In this document: in pieces, positions 36,589 through 49,785 of the stretch
Position numbering within the stretch: position 1 is the first letter of the stretch
Layout: each line of letters begins with the position of its first letter
NCBI GenBank assembly: GCA_040954595.2
Contig: CM082584.2
Span: 62,001 to 126,000, forward strand
DNA from: Balanoglossus misakiensis
Taxonomy: Eukaryota > Animalia > Hemichordata
Length of the DNA stretch: 64,000 nucleotides
Direction: 5' to 3'
Made by a program: the position numbers and the translations under genes
The notes under the pieces: model-generated
What the model was told of the DNA's origin: nothing
Seen by the model: the letters and a program-made list of their open reading frames with translations, nothing else
Database searches by the model: none

Positions 36589-38572
36589 TGACTATGCAGT
36601 ATTCAAGATCCACCCTTTCCACAATACGTGTGAACTTCTACTCTCTACATGGAATGTCCGCTCAGCTAGATGCAAATCATTAGACATTGCAGACTACATC
36701 ACAGATAAAGAAATTGATATTCTTGTACTCACTGAAACATGGTTGAAGGAATCTGGTGACGAACACGTAATGGCTGAATGTACACCACCAGGCTATGCTG
36801 TCAAACATCTACCTGGGGTTGGCAAGATCGGTGGAGGCTTAGCTTAAATTCACAAGCTAGCACTAAAATAAACAGCTTGGAAGCCTATTCTCTCTGTTAA
36901 ATCTTTTGAGGCAGCGGAAGCAACTATTTTTCACCAGAAACTTTCCATGAAAATAATTCTTGCCTACCGTCCACCACCATCAGTTAATAATAAATTCACC
37001 GCACCACAGTTCATGGAAGAGTTCAGTACAACACTTGAGAAGTATGTCACCTGCTCAAGTAATCTCTTCATCGTAGGAGATTTCAATATTCACCTAGAAG
37101 ATGATAAGAATCCAGTAACACAGAAATTCAATGGAATCATCAGCGCCTGTAATCTGAAACAATGGGTCCAACAACCAACACACAGAAAGGGTCATACTCT
37201 TGATCTCATCTTATCTAACTCTGCGTCTAACATCAAGAGTGTCTCTGTAGACTGCTTGGAACTCTCTGATCACAATCCTGTCAATGCAAAACTTGCTCTT
37301 CCGAAACCAACACACAGTAGACGTCAAATATCTTATCGTCATATCTGCCATTTCAATTGATAGTTTCAGCCATGATCTCGACAAAATACATCAAATGTCC
37401 TAGCCTCCAAATGACCTCTCCTCAGCCATATCAGCTTATAACCAACCCGTCAGTCTCCATCTAAAACACGTGTACTTGATCTCATCCCTACAGCACTTGA
37501 TAAGCAATGTCTTGGTAATCTGCTCACTATCATAGCCATTATCAATTTGTCACTCAAAACTGGAACTGTTCCTGAATAACTTAAAATAGCAGTCATCACA
37601 CCAATATACTCAAGAAACCTTCGCTCGACAAAAACATTTTCAAGAACTATAGACCAGTTTCAAACCTAACCTTCCTGTCAAAAGTAATCGGGAAGATTGT
37701 AGCACAACAACTGACATCATATTTGACTACCAACTCACTACAAGAACCACTGCAGTCAGCGTACCGAAAGGATCACAGTACCGAAACAGCACTTACTAAA
37801 GTCAACAACAATATTTGTATGGCACTGGATGCCGGTAAATGTGTACTCATGGTTCTCCTCGATCTCTCCTCTGTGTTTGATACCATAGATCACGACACAA
37901 TCATCTCAAGGTTATCAAAACTGGGCATCACCAACATCGCACTACAATGGTTCTCATCATATCTTAAGAACAGACAGCAGTTTGTATGGCACAATGTCAG
38001 AACCTCAATATCTACAATATGGAGTACCACACGGTTCAGTGCTTGGCCCACTTTTGTTCTGCAGCTATTTGTCACCACAACATCAATTTTCACCAATATG
38101 CCGATGACAACCAACTATACCAATATTTCTTCCAGTTAGACACCATAAGTACATTAGACAAGATGGAAAGGGCAGTTCACGAAATAAAAACCTGGATGAC
38201 ACATAATAAACTTCAACTCAATGGTGGCAAACCCGAGGTACTCCTGATAAGGTCTCAGTTCAACCGCTCGCCTCGTCCCATAAACCACATGAGCATTGGA
38301 TCATGTTGTGTTCAAATTGTGAATTCTGCACGGAATATAGGTGTGACATTCGACGACAATTACACTTTCAATAAGCACATTAATGCAATTTGCAAGTCAA
38401 TTTTCTTCCATCTGCGTCAAATCAGCCACATTCGCCGTTACCTCACTAGGAAGTTTGCCAGATGCTGGTTCATGCTCTAATCACATCAAAACTGGACTAC
38501 TGCAATGCAATACTCTGTGGTTTACCATCATCATGCATTCAACCGCTACAGCATGCCCTGAATTCTGCAGCC
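36589..38572 (+). mobile_element. CR1/L2-group LINE ORF2 fragment, copy 3
   Basis: Same motifs; extra 3-, 23- and 1-bp deletions. Confidence 0.93.
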
Positions 38573-39090
38573 ACCATGGCCTCCTTCACAAAAACCTCAC
38601 CAGACCCCATAATGCCTCCATCTCTTACACCACACCATATACCCACCACAAATCCTAGCCATCACCCAACCTATCATAGCCCAAACAATCCAAACCCAAT
38701 CAAAATTGACCCTAGCCCCACTTATCAAGCCATCAATGCTCAACGGCAACCCAAATAACACTTAACTTAAAGATTGGCATAAATCCAAACTCATACCACT
38801 GCCACCCCAAATATACTACACAAAGACTCAATCACGAACCAATACCTACCATTTGTAGCAAATACACGACCAAAGATTTGATCCCATCTATCATCCATAT
38901 ATCATCAGAAAGTTGGGACGATGAGCAATGGGGCAGAGACTGATCATCAAAAATTTGAGACAGGGAATTCCAACAAATGAGATCATTAAGTTAAATATGC
39001 AAAGCAAATCAGAAAAGAGAATCAGAAGATTTTCTCCGAAGGACACCTTGGAAATTCATGATTGGAAAGACACTGCAGTCACATGTATAT

Positions 39091-40268
39091 TGTAGTGTCC
39101 AAACACTAGCGAGCATCTATACTTTATACATTCTGTAAAATGACGTAATGCAACATTCGGGTCATTATGAATAAAGTGCGTGAATGAGGCTAGGCACTCT
39201 CACTCTTACATGCCGGACTTGGTGTCTCATGTTGTCATTATTGCCCACCCACGATTCTATATTTGGCGACGAGGACGGAGAACATGGAGAATCAGCTAGC
39301 CGTCAATGCCGAGTTTTCCTGTTCATTCAGACCGGACAACCACCAGTACGAGATGGAAAAAGTACATGGTTAGAGTAGAAAACGCATTTGTCGCATTCAA
39401 CATTACAGATGACAAGCGACAACGTGCACTGCTATTGCACTGGGCAGGTGAGGAAGTTTCCGACTTCTTTGATACTCTACCAGATACAGGAACGAGCTGT
39501 GAAACAGCCAAATTAAAGCTTACGTCGTACTTCTCACCCAAACGGAACATTGAATACGAACGATTCATCTTCAGAGACACCATACAAAACAACGGCGAAT
39601 CGATTGATGCCTATCACACTTGTTTGCAACGCCTAGCAGAAACATATGTGACTTCACCAATAAGGATCAAGAGGTCAAATCACAAATCATACGAGGATTC
39701 ACATCAGCCCGTCTCAGACGTCGTGCTCTTTGGGAGGAGACGACACTAGAGAATCTACTGAGTACAGCCCGTTCATTTGAGGTATCAGAGGTTCAGGCTA
39801 GTGGGATTGAGGAGAAACCCCATAATAATGGTGCAGACACGGCATCTGTGAATGCGGTCAGAAAACAGCGCCATCAACGCCCGAAACCCAATAAACAAAA
39901 GAGAGCTCATCAGCAGCCAGCGAAAGGACCGTCCACTTGTTATTATTGTGGTGGCACCTATCCACATGACTCAGTATGTCCAGCTAAAGGCAAGTCATGC
40001 AGGAAGTGTGGCAAACCTAACCATTTTGCCAAATGCTACCGATCAAAAGGCAAGGCAAATAGGGTAGACAAGGATGAAACTGTCAAAGCTGTGCATAAAG
40101 TGGAAGACAGCTCGGGAGATGAATACTGCTTCACTCTACAACAATCAAATGGTAGGAGGCCTCGAGTAACAGTGCAGATAGAACAAACAGCAGTTGCCTC
40201 ACTGATCGACCCTGGTTCTACAATAAACATGATGAGTGTAAACACATACAACAACCTAAAGAACAAAC
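39091..40268 (+). mobile_element. Gypsy (Mag-like) LTR-PBS-gag-protease fragment, copy 3
   Basis: Same as 6264-7441; second knuckle keeps its His (CRKCGKPNHFAKC). Confidence 0.9.
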
Positions 40269-41810
40269 CCATGTGGCAAACAGAAAGTCCGTTTTACCAC
40301 TGCCAGCAGTGCATTATTGAGTATTTTAGCATCGCTGGATTTAGCTCTCGTCCAATCAGAATTGCGGACGGTAGCATGATATAATATAATTGAGAATAAA
40401 TCTCACGACAAGTGTACAGTTTGACAATGTACACAGATAATCCGTTTCAACAATGTTTCCTTTGTAGTGTGAATAAAACTGCACACTTTGCAAGTTTTCA
40501 ACTTCAAAACACTATGGCTATTGCAGAGACAAAGCTGCTAATATACAGTGTATACCCGTCATTTTTGTTTGTGGTGAGATTTTCATTGGCACAGTTGCAC
40601 AGAGCTCACACAAGAGGAAATTACACTTTCTGTTGAATTCACTGCATCCTGCTAACTTTAAGTCATATATCCAGTGAAACATTAAGTTATAGAATTTTCC
40701 ATCGCAGTATTCTGTTTTATATACATGTATAGCAGTCCCACACATATTGATTAATTTGACAAAAGAAACTGACTGACAATTTTCACAGCGCTCCCAGTAT
40801 AGCATCCTTGGCAGGTGCACGTCAATGCCACACGCGAGGTTAGGGTTGGCAAGTGCTGCCATTTTGACATGGGTTGTTAGCACTGATCAATTCCTACGCA
40901 TGACAGAAAAATGAAGAATTAGGCTATGGGCCGGACCTGCCTATCGTTTCAAAATGCACTCTGTATATTAGGGTCTATTTTTTTTACATAAAAACAAGTC
41001 TTCTTGCTCTAATATGATAAAAGAAAAAAACTTCAACTTAAATATTGCGTCCTCAGAGGTAATATCGAGCCCTAAAAATCAGGTATGCTAATGCGGTTAA
41101 AGATCGTGCAGTTCTCCTTATAACAAGCGATCTTATTGGTGGTTACGTGACTGCACCAATCACAGAATGCGTTATGTCACTCAGCAATTACACACACAGG
41201 GCAAACTATCAGGCAGCTACATGTATACTAGTATACATGTTACAGAAGATTAAACAGAATTGTTGGTAAGGAAAGTTTGAGCAGACTAGTCCATTCAATG
41301 TAAAAAATGGTGCTGATTCCAAAAAAGTCAGTCTTATTGACCCCTTTCAAGACAAAATTGCCATTTTTGCCACTTTTAACCCAAAAGGTCATTTAAAAAA
41401 CACTCAAAACACACTGTTTTCATCACATTCGGAGATCTGATGACATTTGAGGATTATGCGGAAACAGTGACACACCAGAATAAAAATTACAGGTGACATT
41501 TGCAAGCAGATATGATCTGACCATATAGAAATATGGAATGTAAAAACATTAACAAGGAACATGCCCAATAAACTGTCATGTGTCATGGCAGTCTTACAAG
41601 TGGTGCTAGAAAAAAAATGACCAAAAATTGTCTGTACAAACACATATGCGAAGCAACTTCTTTCAGTCAGCCCTGGAACAGACACACACTGACCTGCCAC
41701 TAGTAATTAAAATTTGATAGCTGGTGGTCTCTGTAACAGCTGGCCTATTTAAGTTATGTAAACATGTCTTTGTTCGAGGTAACAACTCCTTGTAAATAGT
41801 AACTTTAAAA

Positions 41811-42820
41811 ACAACTGGACAATTTGTTTAGGAGAAGATTTGCTAACCAAAAACTAAGAAACTTACCAAAAAAACTCGCTAAATATTTAATCTTTCTGAT
41901 CTCAGAACTGAATAAAAGTTGCACATATACAGGTATGTGTTATGAAATTATATCCTAAATTTCAAAGCAATCAGAGAAAAAACTAATTTCAAAGCAATCC
42001 AACAAGCAGTTTCACAGAAAATATTTGTTCAAAAGTGGCAAAAACACAAATATGCAAATATCACCAAAATTGTACAATATCTTACTTCAATCACTACAAG
42101 GAACATGCTGCCTAAGTTCAATGCAATAGGACAAGCGGTTTCAGAGAAAACTATTTTTGACAAAAATTGCAAAAGTTTCCCCGATAACACATTTATGCAA
42201 ATATCTTTTTTTTTTACAACATATTATTTAGGTTACCCCTACGAACATGCCTACCAAATTGGAAAGCAATCTGGCATGAGGTTTTAAAGAAAAACATTTT
42301 TTGACCAAAAATGGCAAATATTGCTCAAAATTATAGATATGCAAATTTTGCAACAATTTGAACAAAACTATGGTTACTTAGACAACATTAGGAGGCTTCA
42401 TACTAAATTTCAAAGACTTTTTACCAATAACATGGAAAAATACAAAAAAATGCAAACAAAATAGGAAATCGATAATATTAGCTCAAAACATACAGGATTG
42501 TATGAGGTTGATATAAGCTACATGCATACCAATTTTCAAATCAATATGACCAGTGGTTGTCCAGTTTTTGAGTTTTGACCAATTTCACATTTTCCCAGCT
42601 AATTTGCATATTTTTGGCAATGACATCTTCATTTGAACAAACTCCCATCTACAGCCCTGCCTGCATCTACACGCCAAATATCGAGGTCATACGCGCTGCG
42701 GTTTTCAAGTTTTCGATGTGGACGGACATACAGACATACATCCATCCATCCATCCATCCATACATACAGACGTAACCAATCCCATAAGGTCCCATGGTAC
42801 ATACCAATGGGACCTAAAAA
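41811..42820. mobile_element. pearl/HINE-like element, copy 3
   Basis: Same layout as 8985-9998. Confidence 0.6.
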
Positions 42821-42832
42821 CTTGTGACTTAC

Positions 42833-45800
42833 ATGTAACACATGTTTGCCCAGTGTAGCAGGTTGGACAGTTGCAGGTGTAGATTGAGCAGGAGCCTTGA
42901 AGTGGCTGATACACTCCGTTATTCAGACATGGGTTTAGAAGACACTGGTTGATCGCTAAGGGTGAGAGAAATGAAAAGTATCACATTAGGGTCTTACACA
43001 CTTGAGTGGGAAGTGAAATCTGTAGCAGACTGTCAGAAGATTGCACATCCGTGTGATCATGTTCATGTGTGAAGGATAATGAAGACCACTTGATCCAAGC
43101 TTGGTGCTACCATCTTTATCATAATTACAGCATCTTATAATATTTACTAGTTGGGGGTGGGGTGGGGTGGGGGTGGGGGTAGTTGATGTCATAACTTTCT
43201 GATGTTTCAATTTACGGTTGGAAAAATAGCAACATCTACTCTGATGAGCATTTGAGTCAATGAAAGTATACATCATGGCTACGGTAGTGCATATAAGTCT
43301 CTTGGTTAGCTGCACAATCACAGGCAACTTTATTGAGACAATATCAATGACAAAGCCCAGCGATTTCTACTTTGTGCGGCAAATCTGACACTGGTTTGCT
43401 TACGTTCAGCGCACGTGGTTCCGATGAAACAGCGCGAACTCTGGCATCTGAACTCGGTGCAGGACACTTGCTGGCAGAATCCACTGTTTAGACAAGGGTT
43501 GGGCTGACACGGATTCAAATCTGTGCACAGAAGAGAAAGTGATATAAATTGTGTACAGTTAATATTTACTACATATACTTTAAACAGATTTGTGCAGTCA
43601 GGGTTGAGTGGTAAAAATCTCAGTTGGTCAACAGAACATCACTGTGACAAATTTCTTCCATGTTCAACAAAAGAAACGTAATGAAATTTTGACACAGGTG
43701 TAATAGTGTCTTAGTGTACCATACGGTGCAGGTTGTTGTTTGGTCAAATACACAATCCCCTTTTATGGCACACACATTCTTAATAAATTTCCCCAAAATT
43801 GTGTCGTTATTCACTGTTTGATACAGGTTGGAAGAAACCAACTGCAAGCCGATTATGTGTTATGTTATTATGTTCCTCTTCATCTGAAATTTAAAATCAC
43901 TCACATGTCTGACATAAATCGCCGGAGTAACAGCTTGTACAGGAGCATGTGAATTCAGTACACCAATTGGGCGTCAGCACACAGTTTCCACCATTCTGAC
44001 ACTGGATGGGTTGACACTGGTTGACAGCTGTGGGATGTGCAGTCAAGATATTGTCAAAATTACAGAATCTACAAACTACACTCCACAGTCATGTACATGT
44101 ATACATGACAACAACCAAAGGGCTGTTTTGAAAAACCAAATGCTGTGAAATCCTTTAGAGTGTGACAAGAAACCACAGTTGCAACCGAAAACAAAAATAG
44201 TGATAACATTAAGCTAGCCCAAAGTTTGAGTTACCAGGGCTTTAATATGTGTACCGTACTTATATTATATAATACATAACAAGTGTTTTGCATTGAATAA
44301 AATAATATTGGTTTGTACTTACGCATTGTACATGTGGCACCAGTGAAGCATTCGGTACACATACAGTCAAACAGGAAACAGCCGTCTCGCGCAACGCATG
44401 TGCCACCATTTTGACAAGGCATAGAGTATAACTGATCAATGGCTGCCAAAACAAAAATGAAAGTATCAATTACCTGCTTGTCAAAAACTTGTACATGTAC
44501 TTGTGATGTTCATTTCGTTTAAATATGTGAGCAATGTCTTCATTCCTTGTTTCAAACCTGTACATTTAAAATAACATAATGATGCTATTGCTAGGATTTT
44601 TCTGTAAGAATCTTGAAAAATTAAAAAATGTGCCGTCAACATGATACAGAAGGCTTTCCTTTTTAACGTGCACCTCACACTCAATTTTGACCCTACATCA
44701 GCAAATTTTGAAAGGATGAAACTTAGTAATGCTTCCACCCCATTTATTGGTGTATGGGTCCATCTATCACATTGAGAATACCAAAAATGAGGGTTTATAT
44801 ACCACGCTGTGTCATAAAACAGTAATTCGACACACCTACGGCACAGATGGCCCCAGTCCAACACTACTGGCAGTAACAGGTGTAGTCAGTATAAGAATTT
44901 GGTGTTTGGGAACAATAGCCTCCATTTTGACACGGATTCTGATCACATGGGTTAATGACTATCAGAAAAAAAATAGTTTAAAAAACATGAAATGCAGATG
45001 GCTACACCTCAACCAAAGATGATTCCTGCACCACAACAAAATCCTTTGACACGAGCATTATACTGGAACCATACCCAGAACACGCATTAAGTATATGATG
45101 AAGGGACAATGTCTCTATTTTGGGTAATACAGTAAAACCTGTCTTTATGGACACCTCTCTAATCAGAACACCTAGTAAGATTGATTTTTCAAGCCAAATA
45201 GTAAGGATAATTAAGGACGTCTCTTTTACTTAATACTCAGATGTGTGCACCACCTTAGGAGAGATTACCTCATATGCACAATTATCTCTACAGACACTAG
45301 TCTTCAAGAGGCAACTCTTGTATATTTGAGTGATGAAAACATCCAGCTTCGTACACTTCCTCACAAGTTCGTGCCTATCCTAAATTGCACGGACATACAA
45401 ATGAAATTTCTGTTTTCTTTTCTCTTGTGGAAATTTTAGAAATGAGAAGTTACCACACAATTCAATTGCCATGAAGAGAAAGTGCCCAAAAGATTGTCAT
45501 TTACGGTACGTCAGAAACTTACATATTTCACAACGGTTACCCTCATAGCAACCAGTACAGGCACAGGTATATGCCGTGCAGGAGTTGGCCACTGCATTAC
45601 ATACAGCCCCGTTGAGACAGCTGTTTCGCTGGCATGGATCTTGGACTGCAATAAAAAGTGCAACCTAATGTTATCTCAGCAATATTTACTTTCAAAATCT
45701 GTTTGATAAAAACATCATCATTACCATTACTGTAAATACTGAACGGAACTTCACTTCCAAAAACAACTTGCTCATTCTGGGACGCACTTGTGGGGCTATG

Positions 45801-48800
45801 AAAATCTCTGTATATGTATCTTGTGTAGGGAAAATTTTCATGAACGATCAACATTTTTTTCTTCAAATAAACATGTTTTCTTTCAGTTGTACATCATTTT
45901 TGAGGTGAACGATTCCCAAGGCCCAAGGTGTGATGCTGAAGATGAAAATATAAAGTATGACCAACAGACAATGTATTGAGACATGATTGTAAATGTTAGT
46001 TCCTGCATGACAAAATGTTTGTTTTAATGAGTTTTACACTGGCTGCAGTGTGTGCCGGTGAAACATCCTGGACAAGTACACTCATAAGTTGTACACGACA
46101 GCCGAGTACACTGCCCATTGTTCAGGCATGGACTTGGCCTACATGGAGTTTGTTCTGTTTCAATGGAATGAAAATAAATAAATAGTAGTGACATAAGTTT
46201 TTAGGGTATGACCATTTCCTTAATTCCTACAGCTGTGGTTCTATCGGGTTCTCCTATAACTAAGCCTCCTTAATGTATAACTGAACAATAAGAATTACTT
46301 ATTATACTTTTGGGAGTTTAGGACTTAGTAATTGCAAAAAAGACTCAATTCCTGAAAGTGCCTATTTGGTTTGTCACATCCTAAATATACAGGTAATTTC
46401 ATAGCTGCCAGCTATGACAAATATACCGGTATGAGGGGGGAAAAACAGTTCCTCGTCTGATAAATTTACCTTGGTCACAGGTGATTCCAATGATACAGCC
46501 TTGACAGCGACAGGTAAACGCACTGCACGATCCACTGATTGGCTCACAGATACCGTTGTTCATGCACGGATTGGGAGAACATTGATCGAGTCCTGGGGGT
46601 TGCATGTAAATCAACCAACAATTGCACATTAACATCACAAGTCATTTCACTATTTTTTCATTCCAAACTTAAAAGATTGCTTGTAACTTGCTGAACAAAT
46701 ATTCATATGGACAGACTATTCTAGCTTGGAACAGGCAAAATCAAGGGTGCCCTGACGCCCAACTTTTAAGAGCAGTTCATTTAATGAAACTGCCAGCACC
46801 CAATATTATCCCACATGTAATCAATATGTGGAAATCAAATACATCTGTAACAGTTTTAATTTACCATGTGGGTATTTGCATGGAGGGCCATGGTATTTGT
46901 TACCTACTGATAAAATACCTTTCAAAACAATATCCTCATTTCTTCAGAAGTTTGGCAACAAGACCAATAAAGTTTCACATCAAAATTTACAATGTATAAA
47001 TAAGCTTAAAAGATCTACGGAATGAAGATGGCTTGTTTGTTTGCAGGGTGTCTTGAAAGTATATACTCACTTGTTTGACCATGGACCCTAGAGAAAGAAG
47101 GACGCGCAACTCCAGTTTTTTCTTGAAATGATGTTCTTTTGCATACATTATTTCCAGATAAATCCCAATAATCCAATTTGCAAATAAACTGTGTATAAAC
47201 TAACGCAAAGTCTCGTGTTTTGTGTGAAGTTATCACAACACCTCAGAACATCTCGCAGAAGACGAGAAAACTGCAACGTGGTTGAACGCAGCGATTATTT
47301 ATGGAACACATCTGGACAAGTTAAACAGGAATTTGAATCTGAGTCTGACAGCGTCCAAAACAAGCATCTTTTGTCTAACAGTCCGGGTATTTCACAAGGC
47401 TGTGAGCTAACCGTACCGAGGGTTGCCTGGCGGCCATAGCGCACACATGATAATCCACCCAGTTTGTTTACAAATTGTTTTCGTGAAATCTGTTTTATTG
47501 TTCACGCACTGCGAAATAAAATGCCCCTAAACCACAATTTTTATTTCAATGCTTCACGCAAACATAACATTATTACGAAAAGTGTCAGCGTTACTAAGAA
47601 ATATGAGTGCCCAGTCGGACATGCAAAAAACATGGATGATTTGTTTACAATTTTTAAATGAAGCTTGTGGCACTAGAAATGACCGTTCAACCGACAGACG
47701 AACACCAAACCATAATAATTAGCACAGACATCGTAATACTTTTAGAATTTTAGAAAAAAACGCAGTGGCTGCTGAAATGCAATAGTGCCAGTTTGGTGGC
47801 AAGTTTTCGTATCACTGGTGGGGTCGACACGTGCCGAAGTAAGGAAGTCATTGTCCGACTGTCCTGGGTGTTAATTATATACAACAAAAACATCATCATA
47901 CAGATAATCCCCAAACCCTTTGATCTTTGCCGCAGTTGCTCGCCCTTCTTTCTCTAGGGTCTATGGTTTGACAGATGTCACCTGTGTAAGAGTTCACACA
48001 CTGGCATGAATAGAAATTGCACGATGTTTGCTGTGCCTACAACTTATATTAGGCTGGTATCAAGTTGTTCACACCTCCATAGATCACATGGCAGTGACTG
48101 TGAGGCAAGGGCTTCCTTTCATGAAATCAAAGACCTGTGTACTGGAGGAGGGTTCCTTGCAAATGCTTGACTTGACTTCAAGCACACCTGTAGACTCATA
48201 TGTAAATTTACACTATCTGGCCTGGAGTGAGAATTTCCATAGTGGATGTGTGTTGACAAAAGGCAGTAAAATTGGCCAGTCGCGCATAATGTTTCTTGAA
48301 CCAAGACAATCAAGACATTATGCGCCACGAAAGTGATTTTGATTGGAAAGAGTGTACTCTTGCATTCGATGTCAAGAACTCTCCAAGCTCTGCTGTGGTG
48401 ATGGCTACACCTATGCTCAGGAAACATGCAGTATTTGAATGAGACTGCGCTGTATACTTACATATCTCACACCTATCACCTTTGTAGCAACCAGTACATA
48501 TGCAGGTGAGATCAAAGCAGGAATTTCGAGCCGGTTGACAGAAGCCACCATTCTGGCACGGATTTGGTTGACACTGGTTGAGTCCTGCAAGGAAAAGGGT
48601 CAAATTTTCCATGATCATCAGGGGTGAGTTTCCTTCAAAAATTGTGATGTGACAAACCGACAAATTAGCATATTAGCATAATCAGAATAAATAAAAAAAA
48701 TGCACAGGTAGTTTAAAAGAACAACAACTTTCGAAACGGAATAGAGCTAAGCTGCTATCCCTTTCTATTTTTGTGTTTGTACAACATCAGTGAAGTTTAA

Positions 48801-48969
48801 ATCATAATAAAAAAATGATAATTATCATTATTAACTGCTACAGATTCAAACTTACTTGTCTCACAACTGGTTCCCTAGTAACACTCTGTGCACATGCAAA
48901 TTGTGGCAGTACAAGAATTTACCTGTTGTTGGCAGGTACCTCCATTGAGACAAGGACTTCATAAGTTGT
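42833..48969 (-). pseudogene. EGF-module exon array, copy 3 (one exon truncated by a ~151-bp deletion at 48033)
   Basis: Colinear with 10011-16297. Confidence 0.88.
47080..47965. mobile_element. P-type MITE, copy 3
   Basis: Same TIRs and GTTTGAC TSD. Confidence 0.85.
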
Positions 48970-49008
48970 CTGAAAACACCAGTTTGCCCAATTTTCACTA
49001 ATGTATAG

Positions 49009-49673
49009 GAATACATGAGAAGTCGGGCAGATTAGAAGTCGGCCAGTTCGCGCGCATGAGAAGTCGGCCAGTATGAGAAGTCGGCCAGTTGTTGAACTTG
49101 TACCCGAATAGTGCAGTAATGACCCAGATTACTTTAACAACACTTAATAAAATATAATTGCACTAAATATTTTCATTTGGACGGATTTCCCAAATTCTTG
49201 ACAACACAATGGCGTCATTTCAAATAATGGCGTCTGGCATCCGTACCAGTTCCCCAGCCCCGTATCCGCGTAAGGAGCTTAGGTTGTTCGCCAAATTCCT
49301 GTGACATTTCTGATTAAAGGGAGTTGTTTCAAAGCCTACTAAAATACATAGAAGATGTATGTGTATATTCATACTTTCTGAGACAACACCAAACAAACAA
49401 ACAAACAAACGTGACAAGGAACAGACTACTGGCGCAGCTCAAGAAGTGCAGGTGACTGATGTTGACGTACCCCGGTGACGTACATGAAAAGTGAACAGAC
49501 AGTTTTAAAATTCATCGGCTATTTGTACAAATATCTCAGCTCCTGTACATCAAGGAAACATTTCGTAGTGAAACAGTTATATATAACACAAAGTACCAGG
49601 GTTCTCTCCCACAGGCCGACTTCTCGTACTGGCCGAGACCGACTTCTCATACTGGTTGACTTCTCAGGACACC
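49009..49673. mobile_element. 8-bp-TSD MITE with subterminal repeats, second complete copy
   Basis: ATGTATAG on both flanks; (AAAC)n tract longer than in 16337-16994. Confidence 0.75.
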
Positions 49674-49785
49674 ATGTATAGCTAGCTGTTGAACTCAAAA
49701 AAATATGTAAAACTACAAGTGATGTAAACAACTTGTGGAACCATGTTCAAATCGAGACAAGAAGAAAAGGGATTTCAAGACTTAC

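Larger units (their letters stand above)
32785..49581. repeat. macrosatellite unit, copy 3 (16,797 bp)
   Basis: Colinear with copy 1; private deletions at ~38067 (23 bp) and ~48033 (~151 bp). Confidence 0.98.
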
